This document shows positions 1 to 11,407 of a stretch of 64,000 nt of DNA, in pieces. A model generated the notes under the pieces. The model was given only the letters and a program-made list of their open reading frames with translations, did not search any database and was not told the DNA's origin. Numbering within the stretch: the first letter of the stretch is position 1; every line of letters begins with the position of its first letter. The DNA is from Lingula anatina. Lineage: Eukaryota; Animalia; Brachiopoda. The stretch is from the NCBI GenBank assembly GCA_051362555.1, contig CM120642.1:5084001-5148000 (forward strand), written 5' to 3'. The position numbers and the translations under genes were made by a program.

Positions 1-250
1 TTCCTTCTCATGAAAAAACAAACAAAAAAAAAATCATTTAAACCGATATACATGAATATACAATATAGACAACAATTCAATTTAGTATCTTTTATAGTGT
101 GGGAAAAGACAGTAGAAAATCCTTGTAGTTTTTATATTTTGTGCCCACAACATTTAAAATGATACAAGTGTTTCATTCCATCTTACATAAAAAACTGCAG
201 TATAAATATTACTGCATAAAAAGTTGTCAATCAAGACCCATTAAGTCTAT

Positions 251-856
251 GGGACCATTCCCAGACCCTATCGTGCTAATTGTGGTTCGATCTATCTCCA
301 AGGGGATTCTAGTTAAATTGCAATCAACTTAAGCAGCTTAAATGTCTGTCACACCTACTAAAGAATATTGTAACCCTTTATTATCATCCAAATACCGAAA
401 ATGAGTTTTTTCTTGTATCTAACTATTCAATAATGCACCTATCTTTGTGCCGATTTTAAATAATGAAAAAACCCTTGGAAATATAGAATATAGAATATTG
501 GCATTGATTATATTTTTTGTTGCAATGTATAACCATTGGTATCTCAAAGCTTTAATCCTCAATTTAACACCTTTTTATTTTCTGGTGAGCAATCGGTATG
601 AGACGAAACTTCATCCCTGAACAAGATTTTTCTTGAAAATTGGCATAGTGGACCGCAATTGTATGAGCTACAATCCCTTGCCAGAGTTTTGGTTTAAATG
701 CTTTTGTCTTGGAGTAATGAGCCTTTAAATAAAGATTTTGATTGAACAAAGGCATTATTTTGCCTGACATCTAAGCTGCTTTAGCTAAAATTAATTTAGT
801 GAGAAACCCCTTGGAGATGGATTGATCCTGTTAGATCGATCTAGGTATGGGAACCC
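251..856. mobile_element. MITE with ~100-bp imperfect terminal inverted repeats in an intron of MS4A-like copy A
   Basis: The left arm (gggaccattcccagacc...tccaaggggattct...aagcagcttaaatgtc) is the reverse complement of the right arm (gacatctaagctgcttt...agaaaccccttgga...ggtatgggaaccc). Flanked by the direct repeat AGTCTAT (244-250, 857-863). The paralogous intron in copy B has a single AGTCTAT (10535-10541), i.e. the empty site. Confidence 0.85.
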
Positions 857-889
857 AGTCTATCAAACACCTCAAGAAGTATGTCATAC

Positions 890-1222
890 CTGAATGGCAG
901 CACACCTCAAGGCAGAATCATGGGGCCAACCAGGTCTGGTCCCGGGGGGGACTGGCTTTGGCTGCTGCTGGTTCATAATAATCACCTGGCCCTGGGGTGG
1001 GGGCATATACTGCCCCTGGGGTACGGGCATGTATTGGCCCTGGGGTTGGGGCATGTATTGACCCTGGGGTGGGGGCATGTATTGACCCTGGGGTGGGGGC
1101 ATATATTGACCCTGGGGTGGGGGCACGTATTGACCTTGGGATGGTCCGTATTGACCTTGGGGAGGTCCATATTGGGGATTGTATGGGGCAGGTTGTGTTG
1201 GATATGGCTTTTGTTGCCCGCC
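890..1222 (-). CDS. MS4A/CD20-like gene copy A, coding exon 2 (PPQGQY-repeat N-terminal tail)
   Basis: ttgcag acceptor and gtatga donor, phase 0, 111 codons ending ...GWPHDSALRCAAIQ. Homologous to the exons at 10559-10846 and 15831-16124 that precede MS4A-type TM exons. By alignment to copy B, the TM exon should begin about 70 bp left of the window. Confidence 0.85.
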
Positions 1223-1511
1223 CTGCAAAGAAAATGATGTCCATTACAAATCGATAACCATACACATGCACAAACACAAACACTGACTTATGTCTCAAAT
1301 GCACTAAACTAGTGTCAGGTTGGCATAATCTACAGATGATCTTGGGTTTTTGAAAATTATCTGAGAAATTTATTGTGGAACCAACACCTACAGGCATGGG
1401 GTTACTTTCAAAACTGGATGAAAATCACAAAACATTAAAAAAAATTTGTAGATTCAGTGTGTAAATCTTTTTTTAAGGAAGAAAGAAAATATACAAACTG
1501 TTACATTTTAC

Positions 1512-1547
1512 CTCAGATTCAGTGTATGAAGGTGGTTGATCACTCAT
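1512..1547 (-). CDS. MS4A/CD20-like gene copy A, first coding exon (MSDQPPSYTESE)
   Basis: ATG at 1547 in an accATG context, 12 codons, then a gtaaaa donor; acceptor tttcag at 1600. The PPSY motif parallels PPAY in copy C. Confidence 0.8.
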
Positions 1548-2368
1548 GGTTGATAAATAAATGTTTGGTAAGTTTTCCTAATTGTAGTGGACCTTTTACC
1601 TGAAACATAACAAAAACACTATAATATATCAAGTTCAAAGCAGTTTTTTAAATATTTGTTTCTCAAACAATTTTTATTTTCAGCAAAGGTTGGAGAAACT
1701 AATTTGAAGCTTTGATATTATTCACAAATGGCATGTGTACTAGCATATGTATGTGTAGTAGCACCAACGCACATGCGTGCTTGGAAATTTCATTTGTCCA
1801 AGACAGCTGGGATAAAAAGACTAACACATTATCAAATTGGTAAGTGAACCAATACAAACACATTTAAAATATGAATTAAATACTATACATATACTGGTAC
1901 TGTTAGTACAAGGTGCAGCAGGATGCGGATATTTATACTAGCATCGAGAGTTTGATTCAAGCTTCAAATCAGCAGGAGAAGGAACCTAAATAGCATCTAA
2001 TACAAAAAGTGAAGTTACAAATAACCAAGGTTTGTGACTATTTAAATGTCACACTTGTGTGTCTTCTCTGGATTCGTTACACATCAGTTATGATTACCAG
2101 TATTTCAAATTTAATGAGATGATTGTTTAATCCTTTAAGTGTGTCAGTGATATGGACACTTGCATCAGTTTTCGGTTGTCCATGCTGTAGTAAGTACCTA
2201 GCATATAAGGCCAAAACTGAGGAAATACTGACACGCATTTTGTCGACCTTTTAATATTATGTTTGCTACTGGTAATATGCTCCTGACACTTATCGGTTAG
2301 GCAGGAAAATTAGGCAAATCCTGATCAGTAACTAAATGTAATATCAAGCTGGAGGTTTATAGAGTTAC

Positions 2369-2560
2369 CTGGGCTTGCAATCTCTACTGGTGATGCCTTA
2401 TTCGACCCGCTTTTTCCACAAACATTACATCACAAAACCCAACGTCTTTACTTGTTTACCACCACTTCCTGGTAGGTTCCTGCATCCGGCTGCTTACGCT
2501 GGAATATGAATTACTACGCGCAAAAAAATCTTCCAAAATAGTCCCCGCACCGTCTCTGCA
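2369..2560 (-). promoter_or_regulatory. Putative promoter and non-coding first exon of MS4A-like copy A
   Basis: CpG-richer block conserved with copy B (about 12233-12490). Contains an ETS-like acttcctg and a cag|gtaact donor at 2369/2368. The transcription start site is inferred, not seen. Confidence 0.45.
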
Positions 2561-2892
2561 TTCTGACATTTCCGACACTGAAAAGTGTTGATATTAGATG
2601 TGCTTGTTAATTTCTTTATCTTTTCGACTGGTTTCAAAACGAAAGTGTTAAGAATGCATCAAAAAGTCCTTAAGAATAAAATTGTTCACTAAAAGAAAAA
2701 ACGGTGAAGCCTCTACCGCGAACTACTTTTTGAAATTATGTGCTTCTTAAAATATAAAAAAAGGCAACAAAAATTTGCATATAGACATTTTTATTATTTT
2801 CTGGGCTTAATTTGCTTCCACACATTCATTAACATATGCTTGGCAAAACTAAAAAAAAAAAGAATGGCGATTACAGGGGGTAGTTCACTTAT

Positions 2893-5395
2893 TAACCGAT
2901 TACAGTGACGTCATATTTGCTCCGTAACACTCGTCCAGCGGCCATTCTGGAGGGAAAGAACGACGGGGAATAGTAGCGTAAATATAGGTGAACCAAATAA
3001 AATGAAGTAATCTTCATATCGTGATCAAGTACACCAAAAGGAAAATAGTATATACATGTGAAAACTTCAGCTGATCAGCGTGATCGACCCATATAAACTC
3101 AAGACAGTCCAAAGACGTGAAATCCTGACCTACCCTAGTTCAGTTATCTTGTACTTCATTTTTCTTGTTCATTGGGTAATAAAAGTTATAGCTTTAGAGA
3201 GTTTACTGTGTAATCATAAGTTCAACCTTTCATAGAAGCAACTTTGTACATAAAGGATAGATATAAGGAGAAATTTGAGCTGACTATCGGGATCAACCCT
3301 TACGGACTCAAAGAAGAGAGTATGCAGGGTTGTGACAAGAAATATTGCTGTCAGATATGATTTAACTGTACATCATGAAGCTGTCAGAAATTAGTTCAGC
3401 ATTCTTGTGCTTCATTTTGGTTCATTAGGAAGTATTTGTAACATGACTGTTGTTTGAGAGTTCAATATTTTACCATGAATTCAACCATTCACAGTAGCAA
3501 CATTGTTAGCATTTTATTATTAGTCCAGACCTTCACAGAAGCAATGTATTTTTCAAACTTATGACATTCAATGTAACATAACAACAAGTCAGTTCATGAA
3601 TTGATCTTTATTTGATTGAAAATATAGGAAAATGCACATTTTGTATGGATAAAAGTAAACATGAAATGCAAAACATTGTTGCACAATTCAATGACAGATT
3701 ATCAGGGTCCCTTTCCTTTTGGTTGATAACACTGACATGAAAAATATTTCCATACTTTTAATGATGCAATGCAACATGTACATGAGCATATTAAGTCGAA
3801 TCAAGCCACCATAATTTGAGAAACCTGTTTAGTATATTTTTAATCTATGTCTAGAGAAATGCTTGATTGAAGACTCACAATTGATATGTGCTGTGTGGGT
3901 ATGTACATATTAGGCCTTAGATGGTGTTACTAAGCAGTTTGTAATTTTATTTAGGAGAATTCCACAACTGGTGGTCACAATTTAAAAATGCACAACAGTG
4001 ACAACCTACATGTACAACAGCCATCTGTTTCTGCATATCAGACCATCTGTGGGAGGTGCACCATACAAAATTTTATATTTCTTGCAAACTTTTCCATTTA
4101 GCCTTTAAACATATGAGAAAGAAAAAAGTGTTTTCATTTCTTCTTGTGCTTCTGCTCACAATTCTAAATAAATAGAAAACCTGTCCTTGTTGTATGCAAG
4201 CTATCAGGATAACAACTTTAAAACAACAAATGAACAATGAAATAAATAAACAAATCCAATTAAATAACTCCTGTCATGCACTGAATTTCACTCTCCTGAT
4301 GTTCAGATCCTGTCTCCTCAGCTGGTCACAAAGATATAAGAATATTTTTTCGCTGCTTCTACCTTGTGTGCCATCTAGCTGCCTTTTGTACCTGTCACCT
4401 TTTTTTTTTTTTTTTTTTTTTGATAACCAAGATTTATTTGCACCCAATCATTCAGTGTGGCTTGGTGGGAAAATTTCAGATCAATTTCCGAAATGTAAAT
4501 TAACAAAAAAAGGTAACAATAGTTATTTTTATTCATATTGTAACTTGCATCATAATACAGTAGGAAAACACAGAATTCAACATTTTTCAAATTCATTTCA
4601 TAAGTTCATTCAATTAAATGGTACCTGAGCTAGAATATAGACTTACAAAACAGATTTACTCTTAACACTACACTAAATCTAAAATCAAGCCACTAACTTC
4701 AAAATACACATGACACAGGTAATTGATTTAATTGGCCCAGCTGAGCTGTGTACATTGTACTGTAGCCTTGACACTAATTGACAATAATGCTAACCAGGTA
4801 TTAAAGAGGTAGATGACAGCAGATAAAATCCAAAGAGCACCATAACTGATAACAAATTACACCCAAGGCAATAAGTGAGTCTTCATAATGAAAGTCGAAA
4901 CCCTGCCTGGGTATTTCCACACGTTTTTACAACACACTCTCCACCAAGACTTTTTGGGCACTACTAATATGCAGTGTACGTGCGCTCATATCTTATACAC
5001 CTCGGTCATTGGTTTTCTACTTTTTTTCTTTTATGGTAAAGGCTGCACAGCTGGGTCTTCATTCTTTGCTGTAAAATAAATTAGTTTTATCCTTTACTTG
5101 TCCGATGAGTCTTGATTAAAAGCCACTCCTCAGTCTCTCCTCCGTTTACGGTTTTCGTCCCTACACCTTGGATTGTTACCACTGCAGGCAGTCTGTGAAC
5201 GCTTGTTAAGTTATTTATCTTCTCTCTATCATATACCCTGCAGTAATTCATCATTTTACTCGGTTTAATATCAAAGAAAACACAGAAATTAAATGCTAAA
5301 TTGTACATGTAGACATGATCATGCACAGCAGACGATTCCGGTCTCCCTCCAGTATGGCTGCCGTTTGTTTTGATGACGAGGGCTACAATGGGTTA
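2893..5395. mobile_element. Decayed ISL2EU-like (PHIS group) DNA transposon, 2.5 kb
   Basis: Termini taaccgattacag / ctacaatgggtta with a subterminal inverted match (gccattctggaggga / tccctccagtatggc). AT target duplication, with the empty site cacttATatgtac in copy B (about 12993-13005). THAP-like remnant MMNYCRVY..HRLPAVVTIQG..EEWL on minus (5254-5120) and a convergent RYKEKF..IGINPY remnant on plus (about 3259-3303). Confidence 0.8.
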
Positions 5396-6893
5396 ATATG
5401 TACATTGTACATGTATATAATAAAACGCATCTAAATGATCCATATAAAAGTGGGAAGTGTTTCGAATCTTTCTAAGGCCTTAATTACAACTGAAAGGGAT
5501 ATTATAAGAAAAAGAAAATTCTAAAAAATTACATATATATGTATGCTGTCATACTTATTGAACATTACTTTTATTTTTTGTTTTGAGAAAGGGGACGGAA
5601 AAGTTTGTGACATTGCCAGCACAGTATATGTTTAACTGACAGATTCAGAATTTTCAAAAGGAAGGTTAGGATATACCAAATGACAGTTTTAAATATACAT
5701 CCATGCCTTCAAAAACGTTTGATGAAAAGTATTTCCATGGCACATCTTACTTAATTTGTACAATAACTCTCCCCTTTGCATTTAACCCAAAGAGGATTCA
5801 TTCTTCTTCCAGAGGAACTTATAAAAATTGTTATGAATTTTCAAAATGTCAAATACTGCACTGGGTGAACAGTAATAAAAATGTCAGAATAATATTTAAG
5901 TTTTTTTTTTATTAAATAATAAAAATATTCCTATATAAACTGATATGTATTAAAACCCTAAGCAATACTGAAAATAATAACCATTTATAAAAATATACAG
6001 CACAAAATCACAATAAAAATATGTAATATTAAAAGTTATTAAAAGTAATATTAAAAGTTAAACTCTATACTGCAAAATTAAAGAAAATAGTTCATGTTCA
6101 CCAAGCTAAGGTTAATTTAATATTTGTAAATCTAAAAAAGAGAAAGTACAGGTAGATACAGATCAACACAAAAAGTCACCCTGCTTGAAAGTATGAAACC
6201 AAGAAACATTTATCCATACCACAAATCTAGAAATATCCAAGTATCCAAAACTAATTTTCAGGATCATATTCACAAAAGCCTTCTGGTTTTTAAGCCAAAT
6301 AATTTTTTCTCTCTTTGTAAAAATGTTTTACTACGAAGTGAGTTCAGTCTACTATGTAAAATATATATCATCACTGTACATTACATTGAAAGAGTACAAA
6401 CTCAAACTAACTACTTTGTAATTCTAATTATGTTGTTCCAGTATATTTTCCTGTAAGTTATATAAAAATATTTTGCATTTTACTTCCTGTAAAAAACTCA
6501 AAATGCAAATAAATGTAAAAGTAAAGAAAAAACACTGAGTGACCATATTGTATACAGTGCATATATTGGCTAAGAGAATAATTTACAATAATATAAAAAG
6601 GGTATCTCATAATCTGAATTGTTTACAGTGTATTTATTGTGAAATATGAATCTCATACAAACAGTTGTTATGCCTTTAACTCATATTTTGAATAAGAATG
6701 ATAACAAATTTCCGTTTTGGTGGAGAGGGACATTAAGAAATTTTACAATATACTTTTAAATTGATAAATAACATTACTTAAAGCATGATTTTTTTGTGTT
6801 TTACAAACAATGTAAGTCTCTTCAAATAGGTTAAAAAAAACATTGACACTTCACATTTTGTGGCACTTTGCATAATCTCTGCACTGTATCCAA

Positions 6894-7036
6894 GGGGCCG
6901 TAGCAATAGTCCGAAGGTTCATTTGTCTGAATGTTTGCTATTAACCTTCGGACCAATGAACCCTTGATTAAAAAAACTGATGCAAAAGTTACCATTTTTT
7001 CGGACAAATGAACCTTCAGACTATCGAGATGCCCCC
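6894..7036. mobile_element. Short MITE (family shared with 12607-12757), Mutator-like ~9-bp TSD
   Basis: Inverted arms atagtccgaaggttcatttgtc / gacaaatgaaccttcagactat and ends gggg../..ccccc. Flanks gtatccaag / gtgtccaag. Confidence 0.7.
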
Positions 7037-7742
7037 GTGTCCAAGACCCTGTTTAACAGAAAAATCTTGAAATTTGGGCTTAGCTAAGACTGCCAAACTT
7101 GGATAACTTACTGAAGGAATAAACTTGCTAAAGCCAACTAATATATCATGAATGATTAGACAGCTAAAACATGCTGTTTTGATACTGGGCTATGTCATCA
7201 CTTGCCTGTCAGAATTGTGCGTACCTAGTGGTACACTACCCTGAACTTGGGACCGGAGTCACCTGACCCTTATTTTCTAATCTATCTTACAATTCGACAT
7301 CTATTACACTGTCAATGAGTTATGAGTTTTTATGTCTCAAAGTAGGAGGAGCTACACAGCAAAATGTGAAAATTGAAAAAATGCTCTTGGTTATCTATGC
7401 AGCATTGGCTACAGGCAATCAAAGAGTTTAACTGATGACTATCCATATTAAAATGAAATCTTACAAAGAAATTTTTTTAAAAATTGAATAAATAAGTAAA
7501 TAAATTTTAATCAATCAGTCAAACCAACTAATGCAAAAAAATACAACAGAAGTTTAATACGTACACTGAAACAATACTGTATTTACTTTCAGTTTTTTAA
7601 AATGCCAGGGGCAGTTATAGCTTTATCCGACCCCAGGTACATAACAAATTTTTAAATTTATTAAAATAACCAATAAGTTTCATTAGTAGTACTTGGTAAA
7701 CAAATGCGATTAATGTCTAAAATTGACCTAGAGATTCAGCAG

Positions 7743-7919
7743 TTATTGAGAGATATGTTTTTCGTTATTTTGCAAACTTGTCCATGATGTTAAAATTTTT
7801 TATCTTTCAAATAATCTACAAATACATCTGGGGATTCAACCATTACTGAGAGAAGTTTTTTGTTATTTTGTACACTTGTACATGATGTTAAAAGTTTTTA
7901 TATTTCAAAAAATCTAAAA
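7743..7919. repeat. Two diverged ~78-bp direct repeats (period 100)
   Basis: tta(t/c)tgagaga...gttattttg...cttgt(c/a)catgatgttaaaa...tttcaaa..aatcta occurs at 7743 and 7843. Confidence 0.7.
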
Positions 7920-7980
7920 CAATGAGAAAAATTTTGAAGAACCAGTCCAGTCTTGGTGTGAACCACAACTAAGAGTCAAC

Positions 7981-10900
7981 TTAAACCTGTTGTGTGGCAG
8001 TGGGGTTGGTAGCTACAGGCTGGGGAGGGGGTGGCTGACCTCCAGGGGTAATATACCCAGTAGTGGTCATCACAGGCTGACCATACTGGATAGTGATTGC
8101 CTGTTGACCATAGGGGGATGTAGTGTACATCACCTGCCCCTGTTGCTGTTTGGGGGCACAACAGGTGCCACGACAGGTTAACGCGGAGGAAATAAGGGCC
8201 ACAACTGCTTCGAGAAATGCAATGATGAGCAACAGGCTATGCTCAGCATACTTCCCAGACACAATTGATTTGCACATGTTGTATATCTCAACTGAATACC
8301 CATCGGTATGGCTATAGCTCTCATAATAACCACTATCTTTAAGGGGTCTAGGATATTAAAAATACGTCTAAAACTCGATTTTTAGTTTTTTATACGTTAG
8401 AAATAATCAATTTTGTATCTAATACTCAATTAAGTTATATTTGTGAAACACGGACTAAAAATAAACATTTGGACGAGTTTTTCTACCTGTCCTGACTGGT
8501 ACGGGTGGCAGGCTTTAGGCTCCGCCTCCGTTGTCAAGCACCGTTACTATGGTGAGGCGGGGCAGGAATGGTTGTCTAACTTCTTAAGCTGTTACGCGTG
8601 CCCTGGCAGCTCATAAGTCTTACGTCAGCTAAGCAGAACACAGTTATATAAACAGTCATGGGAAGAAAGAAAGTCGTGAGAAAACGGATGAGCGAGAAAG
8701 CAAGAGAATTTTGAAAGAGAGTGTACGATATATTAAATTTTCTCCTATAGCGTCTAAATCACGTCTAGGTAAAGACTCGAGATCACACTTGAACTGCTGA
8801 GTATTCGTACAACGTCTGGGGTTGTCAGAAAAAAAATCGTTAGGCAATCATTTTATGCACAATAAAGATTGTAATAGCAAGCAAGTTTTTTAGTAATATT
8901 GCCACCCAAAACATTATCAAATTCGCATATTACGGTCTTGGCACTCTGTGGCATCATGGCATATGCGTACCCACATTCGGCCATTTCTCGGAGTAAATCT
9001 TGCTTTGCTTTCTCAATTTTCGCGTCTTGGCGTGTAGAGCGGCGTCCACGCACGACGGGTGGCAAGTTTCCTCTGCTGGCACACCAAGTGATCCTCTTTT
9101 TGTTTGTAAGCGCTTCCTTAGACACTTCCTAGACAGTGCACAGACTCCTACTGCGTCAGGCACAATTATGATTAATTACGTCAGTGAAACGAGAGAAGGT
9201 AGACCTACTCAGCTGTCAATCATTTCTCAGCGAAGAGCGGCTTTCGTGGTACGAATAAGTTTGCGTACAAAAGTAAGATTTTCTGGCATCTAGATAGAAA
9301 CAAACAACCCAATTTTAACACGTAATGGTGTATAGACCTTCCCGATCAACAAGATGATAACAGGTAAGGTGGAGGTGCAATTATTTTGCTTAAATAGCCC
9401 AATTACCTGAGCAAAATGGTTTAGGAGCGATTTCTCAGCTTTGAAGATTGATAACATAGTCTAAACTTCAATACCCATATCTCATTCTGTAACTGTCAGA
9501 TTGACATGAAATTTGAAGTGTCTCTGTTTCAGTATAATATCTAGTCGACTGAGTCTTGGTTTTTGGATTGACCTTTTATTTTTGAAGTTATTAATACTGA
9601 AATTGGAAGGTCCATATATATTTCGTAAAATTCACGTTTTATCAAAATAAAATCAAAAGCAAAAATAAAAAGAGAAAATCCTGACAGAGATCACTGGAGT
9701 TTGTGCTAACTTTTAGATAGCTATTTCAATCGTATTAATAGGGCTTTTTGTATAAGAAAAATTCTTGATTAAAAAAAGGACAATTTTAGCCTCAAAACGC
9801 TGATATTACGTCACTCGTGTTACACTGTGACTACAAACTTTGAAAAATTGTTTGGCTTGCCAGACCTTATCTTTAAGTTAATAGGAAATTTCATTAGCTG
9901 CATTAGTTTTGGAGTTTTTTGTTAATATCCAAGATCCCTTAAGGCAAAAGTTTATCTCCTCATAGAGGCCAATACTCGCAAAGGAAAGTAACACCGTGGA
10001 GGTCAGTGTCAACAGGATGGACAACATCATGTGACTGACCAGCAAACATGTCGTCTTTTTCTTGGCTGCCCCAACCCCCACTCCGCCAGCAATGATGAAG
10101 GGAACTCCACACCAAATCCCAGTGCCTAGGAAAGCAAGATGTGCACCAATGGCAATCCCTACAATCCATAGTATGACTGCCAAAATGCCACAGGTGATCT
10201 AAAATTTGAAAGTGAAAATATCTATTTATTTTAGATCCCAATATCTAACAGTTATTATACAGAAAAGATTCCCTTCTCATGAAAAAACAAAAATTTTATC
10301 ATTTATACAGACATACATATATACATACATACAATATAGATAACATTACAATTTGGAATAGATAGTGTGGGATAGAGACAGTAGAAAATCCTTGTACTAA
10401 GTAGTTTTTATAACATTCAAAATACGACATACAACATTCAAAATGATACATAAAAGTGTCCTATCCCATATTAGATAAAATTCTGTAGTATAAATATTAC
10501 TGCATAAAACTTTCAATTAAGTCCCATTACTGTAAGTCTATCATACACATTGTTATACCTGAATGGCAGCACACCTCAAGGCAGAATCATGGGCCCAACC
10601 TGGTCTGATCCCAGGGAGGACAGGCTTCAGCTGTTGCTGCTGGTTCATAATAACCACCTGGCCCTGGGGTGGGGGCATATACTGCCCCTGGGGTACAGCC
10701 AAGTATTGACCCTGGGGTGGGGGCATGTATTGACCCTGGGGTGGGAGTATGTATTGACCCTGGGGTGGTCCGTATTGACCTTGGGGAGGTCCATATTGGG
10801 GATTGTATGGGGCAGGTTGTGTTGGATATGGCTTTTGTTGCCCACCCTGCAAAGAAAATGAAGTCCTTCACAAACACAAGCATGAACACTGACTTATGCC

Positions 10901-11407
10901 TAAAATATACTAATCTGGTTTCAGGTAAGCATAATCTACACATGATCCTGGGTTTAAAAAAAAAAACTCCGATAATTTACTGTGGGACCAACACCTACAG
11001 GCCTGGGGTTTACTTTCAAAAATGGATGAAAAGTCATGGAATACCACGATTCCAAGGAAAACCTCATGCCTGGCAATCATAGTGTTATCCTTTTTTAAAA
11101 TTATGGATGTATGCATTTACTTGTTTCATATTAATAATGGAATACCTTTTCCTCGAGTCTTCCACTAGCTAAAAGTACCAATCAAAAAGTACTACAAAAC
11201 ACATGCAGAACAAATTAAAAATCCAAGTTTCCTACCTTAAAGCGATTTTCAAATAACTACTCATGTGTGTCACTACTAGTACACAAAAAAAAAACAACAA
11301 AACTTTGGATTCAGTGTATAAATTTTTTAAGGAAGAAAGAAAACATAGATACTGTTAAATTGATATTTTACCTCAGATTAAGTGTATGAAGGTGGTTGAT
11401 CACTCAT
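7981..11407 (-). pseudogene. MS4A/CD20-like gene copy B, probable recent pseudogene (exons 11407-11372, 10846-10559, 10198-9939 + 8338-7981)
   Basis: Exon 1 reads ATG AGT GAT CAA CCA CCT TCA TAC ACT TAA, where copy A has GAA. The TM exon (ITCGILAVILWIVGIAIG..GTGIWCGVPFIIAGGVGVGAAKKKTTCLLVSHMMLSI..) is split by a 1.6-kb insertion. Removing it restores EEINFCLKDSGYYESY...LLLIIAFLEAVVALISSALTCRGTCC in frame (206 codons including the stop). Confidence 0.88.
8343..9938. mobile_element. Non-autonomous Kolobok-like DNA transposon
   Basis: TTAA duplicated at 8339-8342 and 9939-9942. TIRs ggggtctaggatattaa / ttaatatccaagatccc (15/17 match). A TTAA TSD with 5'-RR..YY-3' ends is the Kolobok signature, whereas piggyBac has 5'-YY..RR-3'. 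No intact transposase ORF. Confidence 0.85.

Noticed and set aside
881-1257. Plus-strand ORFs with HVLTLGWG and IDPGVGAC repeats (also 10550-11082), and alternative minus frames
   Set aside because: Shadow frames of the 24-nt coding minisatellite, which lacks stops in most frames; the splice signals support only the PPQGQY frame.
2892-5396. piggyBac interpretation (TTAA-CC...GG-TTAA) of the 2.5-kb insertion
   Set aside because: The paralogous empty site has no TTAA and fits an AT duplication exactly; the THAP-like remnant also argues against piggyBac.
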